Positions 1-9,005 of a DNA stretch of 64,000 nucleotides are shown here, one piece after another. Made by a program: the position numbers and the translations under genes. Origin of the DNA: an uncultured bacterium (GTDB lineage: Bacteria; Chloroflexota; Dormibacteria; Aeolococcales; Aeolococcaceae); contig CAWJYZ010000003.1 of the NCBI GenBank assembly GCA_963847225.1, positions 153,512-217,511 on the forward strand. Reading direction: 5' to 3'. The notes beneath the pieces were generated by a model that had not been told where the DNA came from, did no database searches, and saw only the letters and a program-made list of their open reading frames with translations. How positions within the stretch are numbered: the first letter of the stretch is position 1; each line of letters opens with the position of its first letter.

Positions 1-148
1 CGCCGACACCCGGCGCTGGCGGGAGATGGCGGCGCGGAGCTGGGCGATGGCTCGCCCCGATGCCACCGAGCGGGTGGCGGCCCTGCTCCGTGAGCTCGCC
101 GCCAGCCGAGTGCCCCGGGCCGCCGGCGCCGCCCCGGCGCTCCGATGA
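1..148 (+). CDS. murG: UDP-N-acetylglucosamine--N-acetylmuramyl-(pentapeptide) pyrophosphoryl-undecaprenol N-acetylglucosamine transferase, C-terminal end (partial, runs off window start)
   Basis: Frame 2 reads ...ATERVAALLRELAAS...* and ends with TGA at 146-148, overlapping the murC ATG (ATGA). Its position directly upstream of murC matches the usual murG-murC order. Only about 48 aa are visible. Confidence 0.4.
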   Translation, partial: ADTRRWREMAARSWAMARPDATERVAALLRELAASRVPRAAGAAPALR

Positions 149-1605
149 GCAGTCCCCGCCACGTCCACGTCCTGGGGATCTGCGGCTACGCGACGAGCGG
201 GGCGGCGCTCCTCGCTCGGGAGCGGGGGGACTTCGTGACCGGCAGCGACGAGCACGCCTACCCTCCCGTCACCGACATCCTCAACCGGGCGGGGATCCCC
301 TGGGAGAATCACCACGACCCGCGCAACCTCGACCGCTGGGGCCCCCCCGACCTGGTCATCGTCGCCAACGGGGTGCGCACTCACAACGAGGAGTGGCTGG
401 AGGCTGAGCGGCGCGGCATCCCCCAAGAGAGCGAGATGGAGTTCTACGTCTCCCTGTGTGGAGACCGGACGCGCCTCGCGGTCTGCGGCACCCACGGCAA
501 GACGACGACGACGGCGCTCCTCATCCACATGCTCGCGAGTGGCGGCCTCGACCCCGGGTTCCGGCTCGGCTCCCTCTCCCTCGACATGGGCGGGAGCGCC
601 CGCCTCGGCACCGGCCCCTTCGTCTTCGAGGGCGACGAGTACACGACGGCGCCGTGGGATTCCCGTCCCAAGTTCCTGCACACGCATCCCCAGGCCGCCT
701 GCGTGACCCGCCTGGAATGGGACCACCCCGATGTCTACCCGTCCTTCGGTGAATACCGGGAGCCATTTGTGCAGCTGGCGGAGAGCGTTCCGCCGTCAGG
801 TCTCCTCGTCCTCTGCGGCGACGATCCCGAGGCGCTTGCGCTCCGTTCACACGCGCGCTGTCCGGTCGTCGTCTACGGCGAGGCTCCTGGTTGCGACTGG
901 CGGGTGCGGCGCCTGGGCGACGACGGCACCGTGCAGCGCTTCCGCGTCGACTGCCGTGCGCTCAGGATCCCGGAGATCGAGCTCACCTTCCCTGGACGGC
1001 ACAATGCTCTCAACGCCACCAGTGCCCTGGCCCTCGCCCACTTCGCGGGAGCCTCGCTCGACGCCTGCGTCGCCGCCTGCGCGAGCTTCCGGGGTCCGGC
1101 CCGGCGCTTCGAGATCCTGGGCGACGCGGGCGGCGTGACCGTCGTGGACGACTATGCTCACCACCCCACCGAGTGCTGGGCGGCCATCAACGCCGCCCGC
1201 GCCCGCTACGGAGCGCGACGCATCATCGCCGTGCACACGCCGCACACGTATTCGCGCACGCGGACCCTGCTTTCCGAATATGCGCACAGCTTCGATGAGG
1301 CGGACGTGGTGGTGCTCGGTCCCATCGAGATGGCGCGGGAACGGCACCTGCCGGCAACCGTCTCCCCCGCGGACGTCGCCGCTCGGATATCGGGGCGCGC
1401 GGTGCACCTGGTGGAGGACAGCGCCGAGGGCGTCGAGTTGGTGTCGAAGCTGGCGAAATCCGGAGACGTGGTGGTGGTCCTCTCGCTGGGGGGCTTCGAC
1501 AAGATCGCGCGGCGCATCCTCGCGGCGCTGTCGGAGCGGGCAGGTGGGGGAGCTCCTCCCCCCACCCCCCGGGGACGCGCGGGTCCGCGGGGCGCGGTGC
1601 TTTGA
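145..1605 (+). CDS. murC: UDP-N-acetylmuramate--L-alanine ligase
   Basis: 486-aa ORF with the Mur ligase ATP-binding motif GTHGKTTTTALL and N-terminal Rossmann ICGYATSG. It lies within the mur/fts cluster. Confidence 0.9.
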   Translation: MSSPRHVHVLGICGYATSGAALLARERGDFVTGSDEHAYPPVTDILNRAGIPWENHHDPRNLDRWGPPDLVIVANGVRTHNEEWLEAERRGIPQESEMEFYVSLCGDRTRLAVCGTHGKTTTTALLIHMLASGGLDPGFRLGSLSLDMGGSARLGTGPFVFEGDEYTTAPWDSRPKFLHTHPQAACVTRLEWDHPDVYPSFGEYREPFVQLAESVPPSGLLVLCGDDPEALALRSHARCPVVVYGEAPGCDWRVRRLGDDGTVQRFRVDCRALRIPEIELTFPGRHNALNATSALALAHFAGASLDACVAACASFRGPARRFEILGDAGGVTVVDDYAHHPTECWAAINAARARYGARRIIAVHTPHTYSRTRTLLSEYAHSFDEADVVVLGPIEMARERHLPATVSPADVAARISGRAVHLVEDSAEGVELVSKLAKSGDVVVVLSLGGFDKIARRILAALSERAGGGAPPPTPRGRAGPRGAVL

Positions 1606-2504
1606 GCCATGCGTGGCTCACGGAGATCCCGGGGATCCTCCGGGACGAGCCGCTTTCCCGGCACTCTCAATATGGCATCGGGGGGCCGGCGGATTGGTAC
1701 CTCAAGCTCGGCGACGTCTCCCGGCTCGCGACGCTCCTGCGCCGCTGCCACGAGAGCGGCGTGCCGGTGACCGTCATCGGGGCGGGGAGCAACAGCCTCA
1801 TCCTGGACGGCGGCATCCGAGGTCTCGTCGTCGAGCTGCCGCGGGGACGGCTGCGGGAGATCACCGATAGCGTCATCGAGCTTCCCGGCGGGGCCATGAT
1901 GCCGCGCGCCGCGCTCGACTGCGCTCGGCTCGGGATCGGCGGCCTGGAGTTCGGGATCGGGGTCCCCGGCACCTGCGGGGCCTCGGTGCGGGGCAACGCC
2001 GGGGCCTTCGGTAGGGAGGTGAAGGATGCCCTCATCGACTGCGACCTGGTGGCCCCGGACGGCACCTCGGAGCACCTCATCAACCCCGAGCTCGACTTCC
2101 ACTACCGGGATTCACGGCTCAAGCGAGACCTCTCCGGTCACATCGTGACCGCCGCCCGGTTCGGGGTGCGGCGCGAGCTGCCCGCGACGGTGCGGGCTCT
2201 CACCGAGGCCATCCAGGCGGAGCGCCGCGCCACCCAGCCCTACAACGCACGCAGCCTGGGCAGCATGTTCACCAACCCGCCCGGCGACCACGCCGGCCGC
2301 CTCATCGAGATGGCCGGCCTCAAGGGGGCGCGGGTCGGCGCCGCCGAGGTATCGCTGCTGCACGCCAACTTCATCGTCAACACAGGCGGCGCCGCGGCCG
2401 GCGACGTGCAGGAGCTGATCGACCTCATCCAGCGCAGCGTGGCCGAGAAGTCCGGCGTCCATCTCGTCCCCGAGATCGCCATCCTCGGTGAGGTGGCAGG
2501 GTGA
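1602..2504 (+). CDS. murB: UDP-N-acetylenolpyruvoylglucosamine reductase
   Basis: 300 aa with the FAD-binding MurB signature (GIGGPADWYL, GAGSNSLI). The TTG start overlaps the murC stop. Confidence 0.9.
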   Translation: MSHAWLTEIPGILRDEPLSRHSQYGIGGPADWYLKLGDVSRLATLLRRCHESGVPVTVIGAGSNSLILDGGIRGLVVELPRGRLREITDSVIELPGGAMMPRAALDCARLGIGGLEFGIGVPGTCGASVRGNAGAFGREVKDALIDCDLVAPDGTSEHLINPELDFHYRDSRLKRDLSGHIVTAARFGVRRELPATVRALTEAIQAERRATQPYNARSLGSMFTNPPGDHAGRLIEMAGLKGARVGAAEVSLLHANFIVNTGGAAAGDVQELIDLIQRSVAEKSGVHLVPEIAILGEVAG

Positions 2505-3448
2505 GCGGACTGCGCATCGCGGTGGTGTGCGGGGGACCGAGCCCTGAGGCGGAGGTGTCCCGGCTGTCGGCCGCGCAGGTGAGCGCCGCGCTTCGTTCGC
2601 GGGGACACGCGTGCACCACCTTGGAGGTGGACGCCGAGCTGTGGCCGGCACTGCAGGCTGGGAGGTACGACTGCGTCTTCATCGCCGTGCACGGGCGCTT
2701 CGGCGAGGACGGCACGGTGCAGGGGGTCTGCGAGCTGCTCGGGCTGCCCTACATCGGCAGCGGCATCACCGCCACCGCGATCTGCTTCGACAAGGTGATG
2801 GCCAAGCGCCTCTTCCTCGCCGAGGGCCTGTGCACCCCCGCCTGGCTCAGCGTCCCCGCTGTTCCGGACGCTTCTGTCCCCATCGCGGGGCTGATGGAGG
2901 CGGCCGCCGGGGAGCTCGGCTACCCACTGGTGGTGAAGCCCCGTCACGGCGGCTCGACGATCGGCCTGAGCATCGTCCAGGACCCTTCCGAGCTCGTCGA
3001 AGCCCACCGGATCGCCGCCCAACACGGCGAGGTGCTCTGCGAGAGGTTCGTCGCCGGAACCGAGGTCACGGTGGGCGTGGTGAGGGATAATGCACTCCCG
3101 ACCCTCGAGATCATCTCCAACCGCCCCCTCTACGACTATGCAGCGAAATACACCACGGGTCAGAGCCGGCACATCATCCCCGCGCGCCTTCCCGAGGCGC
3201 AGCGCCGCGCCTCACAGGACGCCGCGCTCCGCGCCCATCGCACCCTGGGCTGCCGCGACCTCTCCCGCGTCGATGTCATCGTCTCCTCCCAGGGGACGCC
3301 CTGGGTGCTGGAGGTGAACGCCATCCCCGGGCTCACCGAGCTCTCCCTGCTGCCCGACGCCGCCCGCGCCGCCGGGGTTGCCTTCCCCGAGCTCTGCGAG
3401 GGGCTGGTGCAGCGGGCGCTGGACCGGGCGGCGAGGGGCGGACGGTGA
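2501..3448 (+). CDS. ddl: D-alanine--D-alanine ligase
   Basis: 315 aa with ATP-grasp Ddl motifs (IAVVCGGPSPEAEVS, EVNAIPGLT). The GTG start overlaps the murB stop. Confidence 0.9.
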   Translation: MSGLRIAVVCGGPSPEAEVSRLSAAQVSAALRSRGHACTTLEVDAELWPALQAGRYDCVFIAVHGRFGEDGTVQGVCELLGLPYIGSGITATAICFDKVMAKRLFLAEGLCTPAWLSVPAVPDASVPIAGLMEAAAGELGYPLVVKPRHGGSTIGLSIVQDPSELVEAHRIAAQHGEVLCERFVAGTEVTVGVVRDNALPTLEIISNRPLYDYAAKYTTGQSRHIIPARLPEAQRRASQDAALRAHRTLGCRDLSRVDVIVSSQGTPWVLEVNAIPGLTELSLLPDAARAAGVAFPELCEGLVQRALDRAARGGR

Positions 3449-4437
3449 TCGAAGCCCCGGAGCGGCTCGCCCACCCGGTCGACCCGCGCACCATGCACCG
3501 CGCCCGGGTCCGCGCCGTGGCTTCGGCAATCGCCTCTGACGTCGATCCGATCCGGAAGTTCGAGGCCGGGCGCGAGGTCCCCCTTCGGCGCAGCGCTCGG
3601 CGACGTCGAACTGGGACGGCACCGTCCGCGCCGGCCCCGCGGGGCCGCGACCGCCGCCTCCTCCTCGCGGCGTTCATCCTCGTCGCCGAGGTGGTGACGC
3701 TCGCCGTCCTCCTCACCGGGCCGCTGTTCCGCGTCCACGGGCTGACCGTGACCGGCACCCGCCTTCTCACCACGGAGCAGGTGACGGCGGCGGCGAGGGT
3801 GGGGAGGGGGAGCGTTTTTAGCCTGAATGCCGGCGCCGTATCCGCGCGTGTCAGCCGTCTCCCCTGGGTGCAGTCGGCGAACGTCAGCGTCGCCCTCTCC
3901 GGACGGGTCACCATCGCGGTCACCGAGCGCGCGCCGATGATCCGGGTCGTGCGCGCCGGCCGCGAGTATGCGGTGGCCTCCGACGGGGCTCAGCTTTGGC
4001 TCTCCTCGGCTCAGGAGGAGGCCCTCTCGAATGTGCCCCTCCTCATCGACCTCCGTCCCGCCGCCCTGCGCACGCCGATGAGCGCCTCGCTCGCCGACAC
4101 CCTCGGCCGCGCCGCCCTGGAGCTTCCGCGGCTGCTCGGCGTTCGAGTGGTGGCGTACGAGTGGGGCGCCCAGGCCCAGCTCTCGCTGTGGACCTCGGCG
4201 GGCTGGCAGGCGGTCCTCGGTGACCTCTCCGTCCCGGGCGCGCTCAGCGCGGTACCAGCTCAGCTCGGGGCCCTCAGCGCCCTGCGCTCTGACCTCGACT
4301 TCTCGAACCCCGCCCATCCGCACGTCGGGCGTCCCTTCGGCTACGTCAACCTCGCCGACCCCGCCGCGCCGGCGGTGGGGGGGAGGCCGGGTATCCCCGG
4401 GACGGTGAGCGCGGCCCTGACCTCGACCTCCGCCTGA
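3445..4437 (+). CDS. ftsQ: cell division protein FtsQ/DivIB (POTRA domain)
   Basis: 330 aa. A basic N-terminus is followed by one TM segment (LLLAAFILVAEVVTLAVLL). The POTRA-like region (VTGTRLLTTEQV...NVSVALSGRVTIAVTERAP) sits directly after ddl. Confidence 0.75.
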   Translation: MIEAPERLAHPVDPRTMHRARVRAVASAIASDVDPIRKFEAGREVPLRRSARRRRTGTAPSAPAPRGRDRRLLLAAFILVAEVVTLAVLLTGPLFRVHGLTVTGTRLLTTEQVTAAARVGRGSVFSLNAGAVSARVSRLPWVQSANVSVALSGRVTIAVTERAPMIRVVRAGREYAVASDGAQLWLSSAQEEALSNVPLLIDLRPAALRTPMSASLADTLGRAALELPRLLGVRVVAYEWGAQAQLSLWTSAGWQAVLGDLSVPGALSAVPAQLGALSALRSDLDFSNPAHPHVGRPFGYVNLADPAAPAVGGRPGIPGTVSAALTSTSA

Positions 4438-4529
4438 CCACCCACGCCGGCAGCGCCGAGCCGCGCGGTGCGGAGCGAGGATCAGCCGGGGGATGCACTT
4501 CACCGGGGAATCCATCGACGTCATAGGGT

Positions 4530-4558
4530 TTGACATCAAACGCTTAGATATCTAAAAT
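4530..4558 (+). promoter_or_regulatory. consensus sigma70-type promoter (TTGACA-17 bp-TAAAAT) upstream of the MFS pseudogene
   Basis: TTGACA at 4530-4535, a 17-nt spacer, then TAAAAT at 4553-4558. This sits in an unusually AT-rich stretch of a roughly 70% GC genome. It is followed by a stem-loop (AGCCCTTC...GAAGGGCT at 4559-4588), an AGGAGG ribosome-binding site, and the ATG at 4605. Confidence 0.6.
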
Positions 4559-4604
4559 AGCCCTTCGAGAGCCCCAGCGAGAAGGGCTGCAGGAGGTGAC
4601 GGCC

Positions 4605-5292
4605 ATGACGGGAGTCGTCTCGAGACCGCGGGAGGGGGCGGACCGGCGCCGCTGGTTGGCCCTCGTGTTCATCGCCCTCGCCCAGCTGCTACAGCCCACT
4701 CCAGGCGGGCCTCGCCTTCCTTCCCATGACCGTCGCCTCGCAGTCGGCCTGGCTCATCGCCCGCCGCCTCATGCCGCGGGTGCGGCCGCGCCATCTCGTC
4801 GGTCCCGGGCTCCTCGCCGCCGCCATTGGGATGCTTCTCCTCACCCAGCTGCACGCGGGGAGCGGCTACTTCGCGCAGGTCCTCCCCGCGGAGCTTCTCC
4901 TCGGCGCGGGGCTCTCCTGCGCCATGGTGCCGGCATTCAGCCTCGCCACCCTGGGGGCGGAGATGCGCCAGGCCGGGGTGGCCTCGGCCGCGGTGATGAC
5001 GGCGCAGCAGGTGGGCGGCTCGATCGGCACCGCCCTTCTCAACACGGTCGCCGCGGGCACCACGGCCGCCTATCTGATCGGCCACGGCGCGGGTGCGGCG
5101 GCGCAGCTGACCGCGCTCATCCACGGCTACACGGCGGCCACCGCCTGGGGTGGCGGCTTCCTTCTCGCCGGTGGCGCGGCCGCCCTCCTCCTCATCGACG
5201 CGCCGCGTCCGGCGGCGCAGCATGGGGCGGAGCGGCCGGAGCAGAGGCTCCAGCGCCCGGGTGCGACCGAGGCGCTCCGCGAGTCCGCGTGA
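4605..5292 (+). pseudogene. MFS (DHA2/EmrB-QacA-like) transporter with internal deletion and frame change
   Basis: Frame 0 (4605-about 4695) encodes an MFS N-terminus (RRRWLALVFIALAQLLQ). Frame +1 from about 4700 to 5292 encodes the C-terminal third (LQAGLAFLPMTVASQSAWLIARRLMPRVRP...GGSIGTALLNTVAAG). That C-terminal part aligns closely to the intact paralog at 30530..32059 (LAAGLTFLPQTLAIAVGSQVSSRLIPRLGARP...GGSLGLAVLATLAAD). About 265 aa (TM2 to roughly TM9) are missing. Confidence 0.7.
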
Positions 5293-5311
5293 TCAGGAGG
5301 GAGATGACGTC

Positions 5312-5824
5312 ATGAGCACAGCGCAGAGCTCGCCGGGATCGCGCCGGCCGCTGGGCCGGCGCATCCAGCGGCGCTTCTTCCGCGTCGTCAATATCGGGAT
5401 GCGGCGGATCCTCGGCCTTCCCTTCCGGACGCCGATGAGCGGCCGGCTCATGCTCCTGCATCTCACCGGGCGGAGGACCGGCCGCCTCCACCTCCAGCCG
5501 GTGAGCTACGTCCGTGACGGCGAGACCCTGCTGACCCCGGGGGGAGGGAATTGGAAGCTGAACCTCGTGGAGGGCCAGCCGGTCCCGGTGCAGCTGGAGG
5601 GGAGGGCGCGCACGCTGCGTCCCGAGATGGTCCGCGACGCGGACACGATCGAGCGCCTCCTTGGTGTCATGACCAGGTCCAACCCCATGGTGAGCCGCTT
5701 CGTGGGCATGCGCCGGGGTCCCGACGGCCGCCTGGACCGCGCCGCGCTGGAGCGGGCCATGGCCCACGGGTTCGTCATCGTCCGCTGGCATCCGGAGGCG
5801 GAGGGCACCGGCCCCTCCCGGTGA
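5312..5824 (+). CDS. deazaflavin-dependent nitroreductase family (Ddn/DUF385-like) protein
   Basis: 171 aa from the ATG at 5312, with a GGAGG ribosome-binding site at 5295-5303. The sequence pattern (LLHLTGRRTGRLHLQPVSYVRDGETLLTPGGGNWKLNLVEGQPVPVQLEGRARTL) is typical of small F420/FMN-binding split-barrel nitroreductase-family proteins. The family call is by motif memory only. Confidence 0.5.
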   Translation: MSTAQSSPGSRRPLGRRIQRRFFRVVNIGMRRILGLPFRTPMSGRLMLLHLTGRRTGRLHLQPVSYVRDGETLLTPGGGNWKLNLVEGQPVPVQLEGRARTLRPEMVRDADTIERLLGVMTRSNPMVSRFVGMRRGPDGRLDRAALERAMAHGFVIVRWHPEAEGTGPSR

Positions 5825-6188
5825 TCTCACGGCTGGACACGCCGGGCGGCTGGCCAGTCGGGGAGCTGCCGCGGACGAGATCGTGCGGGCCCTCGGCAGG
5901 CACCTCCGCGTCTACCTGGTGTCGACAAGGTGGTCAGCCGGTCAATGGCTCTGACCTCCGCCCGTTGGCGGGTCGGCTCATTACTTCGCGGCCTTCACGC
6001 GTTGGTTGCAGTAGGTGACATTCCAGTTGCACGTGCCCGACCGCGTCCCGATCACCCGGGGCTGGTTCCTGGGGTGCTCGGCTGGCGTCGCAGTCCAGCG
6101 GTAGTCGGGGAGCCGGCGGGGAGGCCATGGAGCAGAGGGTGGCATCGAGGCGGGGAAGTCACGGGATCGCGGCCGCAGACTGGACCCG

Positions 6189-7076
6189 CTAGCGGCGGCC
6201 CTCCCAGGGCCGCGCCGCGAGCAGAGCCGAGAGGATGGCGCGCGTCGCGGGGGAACGGTTCATGGTGTAGAAGTGGATGCCCGGTGCCCCGGCGCCGAGC
6301 AGCTCCGCGCACTGGAGGGTCGACCAGGCGACGCCCAGATCCATGACGGCGTGGGGGTCGTCGCGGCGCGCCTCGAAGGCGCTGATCAACTCCCCGGGGA
6401 TCTTGACCTGCAGCCGGGCGATGAAGCCGTGAAGCTGCGCAACGCTGGTGATGGGCATGATGCCGGGGATGATGGGGGCGGTGATGCCCGCCTTGCGGGC
6501 GGCGGCCACGAAGTCGAAGTAGGCACGGTTGTCGTAGAACAGCTGGGTGATGAGGTAGGCCATCCCCGCTTCGACCTTCTCGCGCGTCCAGCGCAGCTCA
6601 TCGGCCAGGGAGGTGGTCTCGAGGTGGACCTCCGGATAGCAGGCGCCACCCACGCAGACGTCGTACTGCTCGCGAATGAGGCGGGCCAGCTCGGAGCCGT
6701 GGGACAGCCCATCCGGGACGGGGGTGAAGACCGTCTCACCCCGCGGCGGGTCTCCGCGCAGCGCGAGGACGTTCTCGATGCCGCTGTCGACAATGCGGCG
6801 GAGCACCTCGTGGAGCTCGGCTCGGTTGGCTCCCACACAGGTGAGGTGAGCGACGGGAAGGATGTCGAGCCCGCGGCGGATCCGGGCCACGAGCTCGACC
6901 GTGCGCGTTCGGGTGCTGCCCCCAGCACCATAGGTGACCGAGACGAAACCCGGCTCCAGCTCCCGGAGCTGGGAGATGGTGGTGAAGAGGGCCGTCACGC
7001 CGTCGTCGTCCCGGGGTGGGAAGAACTCGAAGCTGAAGTTGGGACGCCCCTGCCCCAGGAGATCGATCACCCGCAT
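6189..7076 (-). CDS. metF: methylenetetrahydrofolate reductase
   Basis: 295 aa with a full-length MetF fold signature (VSVTYGAGGSTRTRT, LTCVGANRAELHEVL, HFYTMN). Confidence 0.9.
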   Translation of the reverse strand: MRVIDLLGQGRPNFSFEFFPPRDDDGVTALFTTISQLRELEPGFVSVTYGAGGSTRTRTVELVARIRRGLDILPVAHLTCVGANRAELHEVLRRIVDSGIENVLALRGDPPRGETVFTPVPDGLSHGSELARLIREQYDVCVGGACYPEVHLETTSLADELRWTREKVEAGMAYLITQLFYDNRAYFDFVAAARKAGITAPIIPGIMPITSVAQLHGFIARLQVKIPGELISAFEARRDDPHAVMDLGVAWSTLQCAELLGAGAPGIHFYTMNRSPATRAILSALLAARPWEGRR

Positions 7077-7219
7077 GGTCAGGCCATGGTGCCAGAGACG
7101 TCGATCGGGCGTACCCAGATTGACAACAGATCGGCGCGGAGACGGCCAGCTTGCTCGCCACGTACCGTCTTCCCAAGGTCACGGCGCAATTCTGGCGCCT
7201 CTTGCGCTATAATGGCGCT

Positions 7220-7462
7220 ATGGCCACCATTCAGGTGCGTGAGGTCCCGGAGGAAGTCCACCGAACCTACCGAGCGAGAGCCGCAGCTGCCGGGATGAGC
7301 CTGACGGAGTACCTACGGGCCGAGCTCATCCGCAACGCCAGCATGCTCACCCCCGCTGAGGTCGCCGATGAGGTCGACGCTGAGATCCGCCATGAAGGGT
7401 CTGAGGGCTTCGCCGTCCGCTCCTCGGCTCGTATCGTCCGAGCCGATCGCGCCTCACACTGA
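7220..7462 (+). CDS. vapB: type II antitoxin, ribbon-helix-helix (VapB/FitA-like)
   Basis: 80 aa from the in-frame ATG at 7220 (MATIQVREVPEEVHRTYRARAAAAGMSLTEYLRAELIRNAS). A TATAAT sits 6 nt upstream (7208-7213), suggesting a leaderless transcript. A PIN-domain ORF follows immediately. Confidence 0.7.
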   Translation: MATIQVREVPEEVHRTYRARAAAAGMSLTEYLRAELIRNASMLTPAEVADEVDAEIRHEGSEGFAVRSSARIVRADRASH

Positions 7463-7469
7463 CAGAGGA

Positions 7470-7862
7470 GTGGCGGTTCTCGACGCCTCGCTCGTCGTCG
7501 ACGCGCTGGTGGTGTCTGGGGGGGCCGGGTGGCGCGCCAGGAAGGCGCTTCGGGAAGAGGCGGTGCTTCAGGTGCCTGCGATCTTTTCGGCAGAGGTTAC
7601 GTCAGCCCTCCGAGGCTTGCTCCTCCGTGGGGAGCTCAGCCCGATGCGTGTTGGTGCCGCCCGCCGCCGGCTCCGTCGCATTCGAACGGTCCAATATGCC
7701 CTCGAGCCGTTCGCCGATCGAGTGTGGGCGCTCCACGCCAACCTCACTGTCTACGACGCGTGGTACGTCGCCCTCGCCGAGCGCCTGGGAATGGACCTGC
7801 TGACATCCGACCGTCGGCTGGCGTCCGCCCAGGGGCCGCGCTGCCGGGTGCGCGCCATCTGA
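7470..7862 (+). CDS. vapC: PIN-domain toxin VapC
   Basis: The probable GTG start at 7470 lies 8 nt after the antitoxin stop. The N-terminus VAVLDASLVVDAL contains the conserved PIN Asp, and the C-terminal part contains Asp residues (...WYVALAERLGMDLLTSDRRL). The start is uncertain; the ORF track shows an ATG at 7368 that would overlap vapB. Confidence 0.65.
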   Translation: MAVLDASLVVDALVVSGGAGWRARKALREEAVLQVPAIFSAEVTSALRGLLLRGELSPMRVGAARRRLRRIRTVQYALEPFADRVWALHANLTVYDAWYVALAERLGMDLLTSDRRLASAQGPRCRVRAI

Positions 7863-7898
7863 CCGAGCGCCTCGGCGCGTCTGGTAGCGTGACCGACC

Positions 7899-8942
7899 GT
7901 GCGCGCCGTCTACGCCACGGGCTTCGGAGGTGACGAGCCCCTCGCCAACCTCGAGGTGGGCGAGCAGCCCGAGCCGGAGCTCCGCCCCGGCTGGGTGCTG
8001 GTCCGGGTCACCGCCGCCTCGCTCAACCATCACGACCTGTGGACGCTGCGCGGGGTGTCATCGCGACCCCTCACGGCTCCGCAGATCCTCGGCTGTGACG
8101 CGGCCGGTCGCGTCGAGGCCGTCGCCGCTGCGGGGGACGGTGCACCCGCGTCGGGCACGCGCGTCGTCGTCCACAGCGTCATCGGCTGCGGCACCTGTCC
8201 GGCCTGCCGGGCCGGGCAGCCGAATCTCTGCCAGCGGCTGGCCCTGTTGAGCGAGCCGCCCTACGGCGGCGCCCTCGCCGAGCTGGTCGCCGTCCCCGTC
8301 CAGAACCTGGTGCCGCTTCCCGACGCGGTGAGCGACGCCGCGGCCGCCTGCCTGCCGACCGCCTACCTCACCGCCTACCGGATGCTCTTCGTGCGGGCGG
8401 GCCTCCGTCCCGGGATGGCGGTCCTCGTCCAGGGAGCGGGGGGAGGGGTGGCGACCGCCGCCCTCCTCCTCGGCGTCGCCGCCGGGTTGGAGGTGCACGT
8501 CACCTCCCGCGACCCCGGCAAGCGGGATGCCGCGCTCCGCCTCGGGGCCGCCGGCGGCTTCGCCCCCGACGACCGCGATGCCTCTCGGGCCCTGGCCGCC
8601 CGGACGGGCGGCGGGGTCGACGCCGTGATCGAGACGGTGGGGGAGGCCACCTGGGAGCTCAGTCTCCGTTCGGTCCGCCCCGGGGGCACGGTGGTGGTGG
8701 CGGGGGCGACCAGCGGGGCCAACCCCAAGGCGCAGCTGAACCGGATCTACTGGCGGCAGATCACGGTGGCCGGAACCACCATGGGGACGCGCGCGGAGCT
8801 GGAGCGCCTCGTCTCCCTCTGCGCGGCCGGAAGCCTCACCCCCCTCATCGACCGTGAGGTCCCGCTCGCCGATGCCCGCTCCGCCTTCCAGGCCCTCGAG
8901 GCTGGGGAGCAGCGCGGCAAGCTCGTCGTGCGCGTGAGTTGA
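7899..8942 (+). CDS. zinc-binding alcohol dehydrogenase / quinone oxidoreductase (MDR superfamily)
   Basis: 347 aa with a GroES-like N-terminus and a Rossmann motif (LVQGAGGGVATAALLLGVAAGLEV). The catalytic-zinc region is CGTCPAC. GTG start. Confidence 0.8.
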   Translation: MRAVYATGFGGDEPLANLEVGEQPEPELRPGWVLVRVTAASLNHHDLWTLRGVSSRPLTAPQILGCDAAGRVEAVAAAGDGAPASGTRVVVHSVIGCGTCPACRAGQPNLCQRLALLSEPPYGGALAELVAVPVQNLVPLPDAVSDAAAACLPTAYLTAYRMLFVRAGLRPGMAVLVQGAGGGVATAALLLGVAAGLEVHVTSRDPGKRDAALRLGAAGGFAPDDRDASRALAARTGGGVDAVIETVGEATWELSLRSVRPGGTVVVAGATSGANPKAQLNRIYWRQITVAGTTMGTRAELERLVSLCAAGSLTPLIDREVPLADARSAFQALEAGEQRGKLVVRVS

Positions 8943-9005
8943 CCTTTGGACCCGGCTGAGCTGCGGTGTGAGCACATCGCCTGTGCGTGATATCATGCGA
9001 TATCA

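Noticed and set aside
3160-4539. Long antisense or alternative-frame ORFs: 3160..4539 (-), 12568..14538 (-), 14582..16108 (+), 19058..21406 (+), 23247..25067 (-), 26433..27920 (-), 30452..31873 (-), 32764..34728 (+), 57998..59516, 61139..62830 (-) and many others of 60-650 aa
   Set aside because: In a roughly 70% GC genome, stop codons are rare in non-coding frames. These ORFs overlap well-supported genes on the opposite strand or in another frame, and translate to Arg/Gly/Pro/Ala-rich low-complexity sequence. None show domain-like motifs.
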